A DNA stretch of 63,218 bases, filler included, from Octopus bimaculoides (lineage: Eukaryota), in NCBI RefSeq assembly GCF_001194135.2. It is 8 parts of 7 records of this genome, joined end to end, with 100 filler letters (N's around TTAATTAATTAA, not from the genome) between each part and the next. Parts side by side here need not be neighbours in the genome. Positions count along the whole stretch, not along the records: positions 6,824 to 20,576 come from NC_068986.1; positions 20,677 to 31,494 come from NC_068982.1; positions 31,595 to 36,647 come from NC_068988.1; 5 more parts are not named here. The stretch is one strand, 5' to 3'. The notes below the pieces were generated by a model. It had not been told where the DNA came from. It did not search any database and saw only the letters and a list, made by a program, of their open reading frames with translations. A program made the translations under genes and the position numbers. Of the stretch, positions 18,871-31,654 are shown one piece after another. Position 1 is the first letter of the stretch; each line of letters opens with the position of its first letter.

Positions 18871-20576
18871 CCAGTGGTAGTGCCCCAGCATGATTGCAGC
18901 TTTAAAGCTGAAACAAGTTAAAAAGTTATATGGAGAGAGGTGGACAGAAGGTGAAAGAGATATACCACACATACAAATACCTATATTAATATATATCTAT
19001 CAGAACAAAAATTATTAACCCAGGAAAAAGATTTCTCAAGCTCTCTGCAGATGCAAGTATACCAGGCTAATAAAAGGTCTTGTGATTGATATTGAACTCC
19101 AGGTAAACCAAAAGAAAAGAAAGAAGAGGAAATTTGGTCATTGTGGTATCTAAATGGAACTTGGTCACCTGTTTCTAGCCATCACCCTTAAGCTATTGTT
19201 CTCGTTTACTATGGTTGAAGAATATTAACATCTGGTATAGAAATTTGATATCTAACAATTTGTTAGTGTCAGTTGCTGGCTTTTGGCGATTTCTACTATA
19301 TTTTGGACACTATACCAGGGAAATGTTCATATTTGTTCTCTCTAATGAAAGCAGCTAGGGCATTTCTAATAATCTTTCTAATTAGTTATGGGAATTCATA
19401 TAAATACAGGACATTTAACTGTAATAGTTACAGCTAGTTGGCAGGGATCAAAACAAATAAATGAATTATAACCTGTTACTGTATTACTAACATTACATAA
19501 GCCCTGAAATATAAGAACAGCTATCACTGGTACTGCTGAAATGCTATTAAAGAGGGTGGTGAGTATATTATACAGGTGCTAAGTGAAGAGAATAAAACAA
19601 AACAAAATAAACAAAATCAAGGCAACATAAAGCAACAGAAATAAAATAAAGTGAAAATAAAATGAGGGAATGGATATATAGGAAAATAAAAAAGATTATG
19701 GAATGATATAAATAGAATCCTCTTGTCATCAGAAAAAATAGATAGAAGTGAAAGATTTTCTGTGATTCATGTAACTAATAAAAATAACAGTTGCCATTTA
19801 ATTTAAGTATGGTTTGTTGGCGTTATCATATTTCTCAAATGATTAATTATTGAGGAAACAGTCTAGCATATCTGAAACAGCTGTAATTCTATAATGCACA
19901 AATAAACGTATAAAACTCAATATACATACACACACATATATATATATAATTGTAAGTTTAAACATATTCCTTTGTGTTCTTCATATACCATCAATACATT
20001 GGTAGTTATCTACGTATATGTATTCCTCTCTGCTTCTCATCTTCACTCCCCTCTGCGAGTGTCAATCTATCTATCTATATATGTGTGTGTATGCACATAT
20101 ATGTATCACACTCATGCACTCACACACATGCACAAACACATACCTATTCATGAATATACACATACATTCATATATGTTAGCATGTGTCAAACAATAAGAA
20201 AAGAAAATTTCTTTGCTCTCTTTCTCTCTCCACAGTGTTTTTGCTTTTCTTTCATTTTCCTTTTACATTCTCTTATCCATTCTTACATTCATATATACAC
20301 ACTGAATCCATAACCATTTTTATCTTCTCTTCTAATCATTATCTATCATTCATGTTTCCATTTTCCACCTTCTCACAATATCCCTGTTTTTCTCATTTTG
20401 TACAGTTTCTTCCTATGACATTGTGTATGTATTATTTATTTTGTATTTTCTTTCAAACAATTTCTAACTACTATCTTGCTCGCTGCAATTCTTCTTATCA
20501 ACACACATGCTACAGAAGATTTATGAATCTACACACACACACACACACACACTACATTTATATATATAATACATCT

Positions 20577-20676
20577 NNNNNNNNNNNNNNNNNNNNNNNN
20601 NNNNNNNNNNNNNNNNNNNNTTAATTAATTAANNNNNNNNNNNNNNNNNNNNNNNNNNNNNNNNNNNNNNNNNNNN
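20577..20676. other. Scaffold-join spacer (2 of 7)
   Basis: 44N + TTAATTAATTAA (20621-20632) + 44N. Confidence 0.92.
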
Positions 20677-20694
20677 ATATATATATATATATAT

Positions 20695-20725
<31 letters not shown>

Positions 20726-21599
20726 TGTGCACAATCAAACACTCACACACGTACACTCACACATAATAAAATATCATGGCTTACGCAACAGAAACAATGA
20801 AGATGAAGTTAAAAGCATATCAATAAATTATTGAATTCGTTCAGGATTTACAAGAATTTATTGGGCATGCGTTCAACTCTTGTCTCCATTATTTGAATGC
20901 GAAATACTTTTCTATTGAAGAAAAATCTGGTACTTATTTTCTCCATTTAGAAGAACTTAGATAACTGAGAATTAAATATTTTACTCAGAAATACAACAAA
21001 ACAACTGTAGGGGCTTTGAGTTCAGCCACCTCCTTTCTTTAGATACTGCTGCAACGTAAACAAATCTTAATGCACAGCTTGGAAAAAATATGGTTGCTTT
21101 AAAAGGTTTTTACAGAATAGAAAAAAAAATCAATTGTAACTATAATGGTTAAAAGGTGGTTAGAGAAATTTCATTGGGAAGAATAGAAAAGTGGAAAATT
21201 AAGAAACATGTATAAACATTGCCTCATGTGCATTTTAAATATGCGCGGATAAATCATTCGAGAAATTGCGATTGTAGATTGTAGTCACAAGGAAAGAATT
21301 AACGGTAGTGAAAATGAAAACGGTGGGTTTTAGTTTTAAGACAAATCTAGAAAGATGACTATCGCTTGTACAGCAGCATGAATACATGTGTTCAAAATAT
21401 TTATCACATTCATGTTTACATATGTTTTTGAAAGCGAAAATTTTCCCGAAGAACCTTGTTACGTGAACAAGATGGTTGTAAAATTTATAAACCTAGTCCA
21501 ATAATACTAAAATAGAATAGACGAAATTTAGACAGCAGCTTAAATTAACGTCTGTGCCATATTAACTAATTTGTGGAAATGTTTAAATTCTATTTTCAG

Positions 21600-22762
21600 T
21601 GAACGTAAAGCCTGATAACTTAAATCTTAAAGAAAATCGGGGAAAAAACGAAAGTAAAGCTATATGCCAATATGAATGAATGAATGGTATATCAGACGAC
21701 CAATATGTTTCGCAGAACGCTGAAATACTGAAAAATTCCACGAAACATAAAACACCTAATGATGTTACCGTAGATTTACTGTTTGAATATTTCAGAAATG
21801 AAATTAAAGACCTCTTGAAATATCTGACTGAAGGGTTTTATTAACATTTAAAATGTGTTTAAAGACGAATGAATTATAGTTATACATTAGATAATGCATA
21901 TAATCCATTGACTAAGGAAAACTATGATTGAAAAGATTAAATAGATGAAGTAAAAATCCACTAATAGTAAACAAATGATTCTCACACTTCAGCCTCTCGA
22001 AGATTTCTGATGAATATAAAGTGTTTTTTTAATTCTTGGATGATTAAGATTCTGCTTCAATTTTATAGAAATGGCTCTCATCAATACCTACAATGAGTAG
22101 AAAATGTTAATTTAAGCTACAGAATAACAAGACAAAACTGCAATCTATGAAAAATAGAAAGGATCTCATACAGCAGAAGCAATGATAATAGCTGACTTGC
22201 TGGAATCCACTGAGCGGGTGAAACATCCTGACCATCACCATTACAAATTTTACAAAATTTTTAGTAATGGATAGATACAAAATATATGAAAAGAAAGCAA
22301 TATCACGTTAAAATTTTCAAAGTTATGTATGCCACATTCCCTGAAAAGTGAATATTGCAGTGCAATAGGATGCGTTAATCAAAGGTTAAAATAAAATACA
22401 AGCTGGTCAATTCAAATGGCTCAACTGGGATAGAAACTGCACGGTAAATAAAACTTTCTGGAAAACCAGTACCATTGAAAGTGTTTATTACAGATAATGG
22501 ATATTGATTTAAATGAAGTCAAGAAATGAGCAGCTTTGACAATTATTTAATAAAATCAAATGTAGGCCATGAAATATGGAATATAATGTATTTTGAGACT
22601 GGTTAGATAAAGAAAAATATATCTAGACATGAGAAAAGGCGTCATTCATTCTAACGAATCAATGAAATATTCAGCAAAATACAAAACTATGATAGTAAAG
22701 ATTATCAAATGTAGGCATGTCAGGATTGATTCAATTTATATGTGCATGTGTGCAGTATATTA

Positions 22763-22850
<88 letters not shown>

Positions 22851-23310
22851 ACATACATTAAAATATACAAATGTGAGGCTCTTGATATATGGTCCGTATG
22901 AGTAGAAACAACTACGTGTCTGTATTAGAAAAGAGATAACTATCTAATAATAAAACAAACGATGCTATGGTCACGGTTAGAAAATATATTCAGTGTCTAG
23001 AGTGATTATAAATAATGCATGACAGTAGGCTTTGAAAGACTGATGAGAAAAGACGCAAATAATGTTTGATAGAGTAGTATGAGAATAAAAGTTTCAAGCT
23101 AAGTTAAGAGTTTTGGGCGAAAAAAGTTATTTCTGGCTAAGCCGTCTCAAAGATTAGAAGAAATCCTTCTCACTCGTTAATATTGTAGGAATATATATGA
23201 GAAACAAAATCATAGAACTTAAGAGGATTGAAAGTGGTGGTAAATATATGCAGATTATGCAGCAAAAGAAAACCCGTCCTATGTCATGCTCTTTGCATGT
23301 AAAATAATTG

Positions 23311-23348
<38 letters not shown>

Positions 23349-23620
23349 CACTGAAATATGTTTGAGATAGTGATAGTAATACTTTTGCTAACAGTGAACG
23401 GTAGATATCTAATAGACAACGCTGCACATTAAAGGTCAAAATTAAAACCAGAAAAATATTTTTAAAAGGGAGAAAAGAAATTATCAATATACGTCCGTTC
23501 TATCAGGAAAGCTCTTCTATCAATAACATCAAACAATATTAAGAAAACGTCAAGAGCTAACTTTTGGGAATGCATGAAACAGCATCAAGAAAACATGAAG
23601 ATGAATCTTCGTGGAATTTA
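21600..23620 (+). mobile_element. Highly decayed LINE RT-region remnant, probably continuous with the downstream RLE
   Basis: Only scattered motif-like remnants (LSSIPTM, LIQQKQ, VNSNGSTGIET, LQIMDIDL) with many stops, collinear with the RLE at 23620-23960. Confidence 0.3.
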
Positions 23621-23960
23621 AATAATTTCAAAGCAGCTGGAAATAAGCAGAATATTGTTGCCAAGCACTAACAGGAAAGAAATTCTCTCCTAATCGAAGT
23701 ATCAATACCAACAGAGCATAATGAATCTCTAAAAGAAATGATGAAACTATCCAAATATAAAGATTTGGAAATAGCGATACACGGAATGTAGCAATTGAAA
23801 ACAGAAATAGTCCCGATAATAATAGGCCTGCTCGCATATATAAACAAAAATCTCAAATACAAGGAACCTATACATATATCCGACATACAAAACGTATGGT
23901 ATGTAACGATATTACATTGCTCACTTTCAATGCAGTACTAGAAGAAAACAAATCTTAAAC
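23620..23960 (+). mobile_element. R4/Dong RLE domain remnant
   Basis: EVSIPTEHNESLKEMMKLSKYKDLEIAIHGM*QLKTEIVPIIIG parallels 1265-1581. Confidence 0.8.
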
Positions 23961-24011
23961 AAAATACTGAATGTAACCAAGATGAACAGAGCTACTCTCG
24001 GTTGTTTGAGA

Positions 24012-24403
24012 AAGTTGTTGTTGTTGGCACTCCGTCGCTTATGACGTCGAGGTTTCCAGTTGATCCGACCAACGGAACAGCCTGCTCGTGAAATTAACGT
24101 GCAAGTGGCTGAGCACTCCACAGACACGTGTACCCTTAACGTAATTCTCGGGGATATTCAGCGTGACACAGTGTGAAAAGGCTGACCCTTTGAATTACAG
24201 GCACAACAGAAACAGGAAGTAAGAGTGAGAGAAAGTTGTGGTGAAAGAGTACAACAGGGTTTGCCACCATCCCCTGCCGGAGCCTCGTGGAGCTTTAGGT
24301 GTTTTCGCTCAATAAACACCCACAACGCCCGGTCTAGGAATCGAAACCGCGATCCTATGACCGCGAGTCAGCTACCCTAACCACTGGGTCATTTCACCTC
24401 CAC
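24012..24403 (-). mobile_element. Full-length tRNA(Arg)-like SINE family C
   Basis: Minus head gtggaggtgaaatgacccagtggttagggtagctgactcgcggtcataggatcgcggtttcgattcc (A box, TCG-like loop, B box); (CAA)n tail. Confidence 0.85.
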
Positions 24404-25382
24404 TGTTTGTGAAAGTATCTAGTAACAATTAGATTGATAACAGTAAAATATAGCAGAGGAAGACGACGAAGGAACTTACACTACGGAAAACTGGGTTAAA
24501 AAACACAAAACATTTGAAAACGCTTATCTATCATCCATTATCCACCAAAAATTACCACAATTTCAACGCCTTATCAATCACTAGCACACAGACTTGGGTG
24601 CACAGTTCATTATAGCAAATATAGCGGTAGGCTAACAGAGCTAATTATGCAACTTTTGTTCTTTTGTCATTCATTTATTAATATTATAATCTGTACTGAT
24701 CTGCTGGTTTATATGAGAGTCCGAAGCAGAAAACGTTTTACAATTCACATTTCCCCGTCACCGGAAAATATCGCAATATATTTTAAGAGAGGTCCAGCTA
24801 CTAAATTATATAAAATTTTATATATATATANNNNNNNNNNNNNNNNNNNNNNNNNNNNNNNNNNNNNNNNNNNNNNNNNNNNNNNNNNNNNNNNNNNNNN
24901 NNNNNNNNNNNNNNNNNNNNNNNNNNNNNNNNNNNNNNNNNNNNNNNNNNNNNNNNNNNNNNNNNNNNNNNNNNNNNNNNNNNNNNNNNNNNNNNNNNNN
25001 NNNNNNNNNNNNNNNNNNNNNNNNNNNNNNNNNNNNNNNNNNNNNNNNNNNNNNNNNNNNNNNNNNNNNNNNNNNNNNNNNNNNNNNNNNNNNNNNNNNN
25101 NNNNNNNNNNNNNNNNNNNNNNNNNNNNNNNNNNNNNNNNNNNNNNNNNNNNNNNNNNNNNNNNNNNNNNNNNNNNNNNNNNNNNNNNNNNNNNNNNNNN
25201 NNNNNNNNNNNNNNNNNNNNNNNNNNNNNNNNNNNNNNNNNNNNNNNNNNNNNNNNNNNNNNNNNNNNNNNNCAAGTAGATGATTTCTGGTTCAGTCCCA
25301 AAGTGCGGCATTCTGAGTAAGTGTAATTTTCTATAAACTCAGATCGACTAATGCGTTGTGAATGAGTTTGCAGAAAACAGTT

Positions 25383-25415
<33 letters not shown>

Positions 25416-25417
<2 letters not shown>

Positions 25418-25606
25418 TTCTTTTATTCTTTTACTTGTTTCAGTCATTTCACGGCGGCCATGCTAAACACCGCTTTTAGTCGAACAAATCGGCCTCTAAT
25501 CTATTATTCCCTTATGCCGAATCGCTAGTTTACGGGGACGTAAACACACCAACATCGGTTGTCAAGCGATGGTGGTGGGGGACAAACACAGACACACAAG
25601 TACATA

Positions 25607-25666
<60 letters not shown>

Positions 25667-25800
25667 CGACGGACTTCTTTCGGTTTCCGTCTAGCAAGTC
25701 CACTCACGAGGCTTTGGGCGGCCTGAGGCTATAGTAGAAGACACTTGCCCAAATTGCCAAGCAGCAGGACTGAATCCAGAACAACGTAGCTGGGAAGATA
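25416..25800 (-). mobile_element. SINE family A
   Basis: Tail tattcttttacttgtttcagtc, internal (CA)n, head ending ctatagtagaagacacttgcccaa...ggactgaatcc. Confidence 0.85.
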
Positions 25801-26170
25801 TTCTTTTACTTGTTTCAGTCATTTGACTGCGGATATACTGGATCACCACCTGAAAGTGTTTTAGTTGAAGAAATTGGCCACAGGACTTATTCTTTGTGAG
25901 CCTAGTACTTATTCTATCGTTCTTTTCTACCGAACCGCTAGTTAACGAGGACCAAAACACACGAGCATCGGTTGTCAAGTGATGGTGGTGGGACAAACGC
26001 AAACACACACACTCAAATACATACATACATACATACATAAATACATACATACATACATACACACACATGCACACACACACACGCATATATATATATATAT
26101 ACGACAGGTTTCTTTCGGTTTTCGTCTACTAAATCCACTCACAAGTCTTTGGTCGGCCCGAGGCTATAGT
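25798..26170 (-). mobile_element. SINE family A, 5'-truncated
   Basis: Same tail and body as the adjacent copy, ending ggcccgaggctatagt. Confidence 0.8.
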
Positions 26171-26974
26171 AAGAGACTGCTAAAAGGCAAATCCACTCCA
26201 GTTACCGTGGTGAAAAAATCTCTCTTATGGTAAAAAGGCGCGAAGATATTCAGTTCGTACAGTGTCGGCATCTGTTAGGAATCTCAGACATTGATGTTTC
26301 GAGTTTTTTGACTCTTGTCAATGAGAAGCAACTCTGAATGAACTTAATAAAGCCGTAGCTTTATCTAAATCAGTCAACTTGTTGACTGATATGCGCTAGT
26401 TGATCGCCCGATCAAGGTAAACATCGAAGCATTAGCGCGAAGCAGTGTTTAGGTATGAGCAGAATTTGGGTTAGTTGAAATATGTTTGTCAAATGTTTTA
26501 ACTGCTAAAAGATAAATACGCTGCAGTTACCGCAGAGAAAAAAATCTCTGTCGGTTTCTTTACATCCTCGTAACTTACCGTTTCCGCAAAAGTTACTGAC
26601 AGGCTATGCACCAGACTCTAATAAAAATGAAGTCGATTTGTTCGACTACACCCTTAAAGGTGGTGCCCTAGCATTGCCGCGGCTCAGTGTTAGAATGAAG
26701 TGAACATAAAAGTTATATTTTAGGAAAACCTGATTATCGAACTAAGCTAGTATATTCATTGTTGCTGAAATTAGAATACAGTTCAATAGTCCACTCATAA
26801 ACCAGTTCATACCAGGCGTGGCTGGGTAATTGATTCCTGAGACGCTGTAGTTAACGGGGGGACTGTAAGTAGGAAAAGCTGAATGCTGTGGGGGAGGTGC
26901 GTAGTGTGAGGAAGATGTAGAAAAGTGTGAGATGTAAGGTACGTTAAAATTCTCATCTAACCTCAGCATATGCA

Positions 26975-27504
26975 GGCGTGGCTGCGTGGTAAGAAGCATG
27001 CTTCCCGACCACTCGGTTTCTGGGTTCAGTCCCACTGTGTGGCACCTTGGGCAACTGTCTTCTATAGCCTCCGGCCAAATAAAGCCTTGCGACTAGATTT
27101 GGTAAATGAAAACTGAAAGAAGTCTGTCGTATATATATATATATATATNNNNNNNNNNNNNNNNNNNNNNNNNNNNNNNNNNNNNNNNNNNNNNNNNNNN
27201 NNNNNNNNNNNNNNNNNNNNNNNNNNNNNNNNNNNNNNNNNNNNNNNNNNNNNNNNNNNNNNNNNNNNNNNNNNNNNNNNNNNNNNNNNNNNNNNNNNNN
27301 NNNNNNNNNNNNNNNNNNNNNNNNNNNNNNNNNNNNNNNNNNNNNNNNNNNNNNNNNNNNNNNNNNNNNNNNNNNNNNNNNNNNNNNNNNNNNNNNNNNN
27401 NNNNNNNNNNNNNNNNNNNNNNNNNNNNNNNNNNNNNNNNNNNNNNNNNNNNNNNNNNNNNNNNNNNNNNNNNNNNNNNNNNNNNNNNNNNNNNNNNNNN
27501 NNNN

Positions 27505-27535
<31 letters not shown>

Positions 27536-27742
27536 GTGTCCGTGTTTGTTCACTCACCATCACTTCACAACCAATGTTGGTGTTTCCATTCCCGTAACTT
27601 AGCGGTTCGGTAAAAGAGATCGATAGAATAAATACTAGGCTTACAAAGAATAAGTCTTGGGGGTCGATTTGTTCAACTAAAGGTGGTGCTCCTGCATGGC
27701 CGCTCTCAAATGGCTGAAACAAGTAAAAAATAAAAGAATAAA
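26975..27742 (+). mobile_element. SINE family A spanning an N gap in its internal (TA)n
   Basis: ggcgtggctgcgtggtaag...gggttcagtccc head; aaggtggtgctcctgcatggcc...gaaacaagtaaaaa tail. Confidence 0.85.
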
Positions 27743-28404
27743 ATGCATATAGAATGTTAGCCAGTTTATTTTCATGCTTAAGACAACTTTTATTCTTGCA
27801 ATCAATCAATGAGTTAGTCAATCAATCAATCATTCAGTCAACCAATCTCTCTCCCCGCTCTCTCTCTCTATACACACACACATACACATAAATATATACA
27901 TACATGCATACATACATACAAATGCAACGTGACGCTGTGGCAAAAAATATATACAATGCCATCTGTAAAAACACTGTCTTGGAATAAAGACAGAGAATCC
28001 ACCTCTTATTGGATACATACACAACTATGAACACAAGGGATATTTAATGGAACATTCCCATTAAAGCATCTGTCGAGTGTAAGCACAACGGGCTTCATAT
28101 TGTCTGGGACCGAAAGAAAAAGTATTTGCCGTCACAAAGGTCAGGTGTTCTGCTTCTATATTCAAACTACAATTTCACATGTAAGAAGTAAAGATTACCA
28201 ATTTATTAATAAATAATTATTAACTTTCACCTCTGCATTTCCTTTTCTTCATTTAGCTGGATATGAACTATATGCTTGATATATACCAATTGTTTTAAGG
28301 GAATTCCGTTCCCCAATAATACTAGGTATCGTACCAGTATTTTCCTAGATGTGACTATCCCTTTATGAGGTTAACACATCCTCTAAATATGTATATGTAC
28401 ATAC

Positions 28405-28460
<56 letters not shown>

Positions 28461-28832
28461 GTATATCTGTATAATGTATTGTATGTATGTATGTCTGTGT
28501 GCATGTGTGTGTATATACGTACCTGTATTGGCACCCTTTACAAATCTACATATAGTCCATATTGTATTTGGTACACTTATGCAACTCTACAGGGTCACAT
28601 TCAATGCATAACACAATCCATGATGCGAATACTCTACTCAATCACCACCCAAATATACCCTCTTTTCTAATCGACATCCGATGTTGCAGCACAGCTCACA
28701 CAGCACCAAAGTCTCATGCAAGACAAATCGTCGAAGCCTAGAGAGGGCCCTCTATGTATACTGATAACATACACACAGAGACTCACAGTCAAACAGAAAA
28801 GCAGAGACATACGCGCACGCACGCACACACAC

Positions 28833-28872
<40 letters not shown>

Positions 28873-28891
28873 GCACACACATATATATATA

Positions 28892-29948
28892 CAGGGTGCT
28901 TTAGCTAATTGATCAGCTGAAGACAAACTTTTAGGAGGCATAAGAACTCCAAACTTTATCTAAATTGTCTTCTCTTGTTTCGCCTCCAGCATGGAAGCTT
29001 CAAATAAAACGCATGCCATTTTGTCACATTATCCGCTGACCACATTCTTAAATATCGTCAGATCTTTCGTGGTTAAGGGCACAAAAATGCTTCCGGCTTC
29101 TGGCAGGAATATGCTTTTCGTGGCCAAAAATACATTCTCGACAGCTAGACATTGTCAGAAAAGTTGAATTTGTCCAGCGTGTCTAGGACATCATCAACGT
29201 GAAGTCCATTGTTAATCCTTTCATGTGTCGGAGTCAACAATTAGATGTTTGATGCACCAAGACATAAGGTACAAATTCTATGTTTTGAGAAGAGGGCTGT
29301 TCATGTCCGATAAGACAGGGTAGAACCGTGTGATCTGGTCGAAGCGCTTGCTGCTGAAACTTAAGCATCCAAAAGATCCCGACATTCCCTCGTTCTTCTC
29401 AGTTGAAAAGAACTTTGTCTAGAATCAGAGAGGGAAGAGGAGCCGTGACACTTGGTTTGGCGTCGCACCTCTAATGTCCCCACTGTTATTCCCACAAGTT
29501 TAGATCATATGTAGTGGTTTTGAGGGTCGTGAGCAATGAAGCCCATGTCATGCCTCCTCATTATTGACTTAGAGTCAAGGCGGCACCTTACGTCGACACA
29601 ATGCAGACGGTTATTAAATCTTGGATCGAGAGGGTTGCTCGGTGGATGCTATATGTGTTCTAGCAAGATTTTGCACCTTCTTATGCAGCCTGCACGATCC
29701 AGAGAGTGGATAGTCAAACATTTTAATGATCATGTTATCCCCTGAAATTTGGCCTGCTGCCACCCATGATTTCATCCTGTTGGACTACAAAGTCTGAAGC
29801 ATCGTTGAGAGGAAGTCCAACAAGCATTCCCACAATAACAATGTGTATCTCAGAATATATGTTTCAAATTCTATAAAAATGTAATGTTTTTCCCTATAAA
29901 TTCTATTCTTGAAACTAAAATTTGCTCTCAGACAGCTGAAGCACCTTC
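28892..29948 (+). mobile_element. Decayed Tc1/mariner superfamily (maT/DD37D-like) transposon with TIRs and TA TSD
   Basis: TA|cagggtgctttagct ... agctgaagcaccttc|TA. Transposase remnants VVSNEAHVMPP, IKSWIERVA..YVF*QDFAP, EIWP...LLDYKV. Confidence 0.8.
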
Positions 29949-30189
29949 TATGTGCGTGCGCGAGTGTGTGCGGGCGTGTGTGTATGTGTGGTGTGTAAGC
30001 GTGTGATGTGTCTATATATCCACGCGTACACACACATGCATGTATAGGGAGATAAGTGTATGTATGTATATATATATAAATGCATGTGTGTGTATATATA
30101 TATATATATATNNNNNNNNNNNNNNNNNNNNNNNNNNNNNNNNNNNNNNNNNNNNNNNNNNNNNNNNNNNNNNNNNNNNNNATATATAT

Positions 30190-30618
30190 TTATTTGTTTC
30201 AGTCATTTGACTGCGGCCATGTTGGAGCACCACCTTTAGTCGAGCAAATCGACTCCAGGACTTATTCTTTGTAAGCCTAGTACTTATTCTATAGGTCTCA
30301 CTTGCCGAACCGCTTACTGACAGGGACGTAAACACACCGGCATCGGTTGTCAAGTGATATTGAGGGGACAAACACAAACATACAAGCATATACATCCATA
30401 TATATGTACATATATATATATGTATATATATATATATATGTATATATATATACATATATATATACAACGGGCTTCTTTCAGTTTCCGTCTACCAGATCCA
30501 CTCACAAGGCCCGAGGCTATAGTAGAAGACACTTGCCCAAGTTGCCAGGCAGTGGGACTGAACCCAGAACCATGCGGTTGGTAAGCAAGCTACTTACCAC
30601 ATAGCCACTTCTGCGCCT
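30190..30618 (-). mobile_element. Full-length SINE family A
   Basis: tttgtttcagtcatttgactgcggcc ... gggactgaacccagaaccatg..gctacttaccacatagccac. Confidence 0.88.
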
Positions 30619-31244
30619 GAAAATGGATGCATGGCGTTCAATCATATAATAATATAAATAAAATATATATGTAGGTATATATACACACATATATGTACGT
30701 ATTGACATATATATGCATATATTGGTACAGGAGTCACAAAATGCAAACAACAAGAAATACGAAAACATGAAATCCGAAGACAAACTTCTTTTGCAAACAA
30801 CGCGAGAAACAAATGGAAAACAAGACAAGTAACATAAGTAACGACTCTTCATCAGTTGTCGGCTGTTTTTTTATCTACTCCACATTTTGAGCAATTCACG
30901 ACAATATGTGCCTTCGAGAAAACCTCCCGGAGACCAAGAAAAATTTTGAGATTTTGCGGAGAATCAAAGTTGGTAACAAAAATAGGACAATGAAACAAAC
31001 AGTGAGAGCTGCTACGCCAGACGGTGTAAGGTGGCGAACGCTGAGAAACATTCTTTGACAGGAGAAAAGATAGGAGAGGAGACAGACAAGAATACGCCTG
31101 GTCTGTGCAATAGACCGGAAGAAAATGAAGATGAACACGTATGGAAAAAGGGTGGACGATGGTCACGTGTAAGCAACAAGAGAGTAAACGAGTAAGAGGG
31201 AGAGAGGGAGAGAGAGAGAGGGAGAGAGGGAGAGAGAGAGAGAT

Positions 31245-31287
<43 letters not shown>

Positions 31288-31494
31288 CAGATAGAAAACG
31301 GTGGAGGGGGAGAAAAAAGAATTAGAGAAAGGATAAGAGGGAAAGAACGGAAGTGAGAGAAGGGGAGCAAAAAGGAATTACAGAAAGGAAGAGAGAGAAA
31401 AAATGAAGGGGCGTCAGTATGTACATATATGTATGTATATATGCCTATATATTTTTTATTTACATTATTATATATACATAAATATATAAATATA

Positions 31495-31594
31495 NNNNNN
31501 NNNNNNNNNNNNNNNNNNNNNNNNNNNNNNNNNNNNNNTTAATTAATTAANNNNNNNNNNNNNNNNNNNNNNNNNNNNNNNNNNNNNNNNNNNN
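31495..31594. other. Scaffold-join spacer (3 of 7)
   Basis: 44N + TTAATTAATTAA (31539-31550) + 44N. Confidence 0.92.

Positions 31595-31654
<60 letters not shown>

Noticed and set aside
19004-19102. Possible plus-strand exon ending ctccag|gtaaac
   Set aside because: Stops in all frames from the first acceptor; the short open alternative (CKYTRLIKGLVIDIELQ) matches nothing I recognise.
24330-24403. tRNA gene candidate
   Set aside because: Runs into a SINE body with no acceptor-stem closure; a SINE head, not a tRNA. No true tRNA or rRNA gene was recognised in the window.
30845-30865. Minus-strand CTGATGA after gacaa
   Set aside because: No GAAA follows; at best a decayed pLTR remnant.
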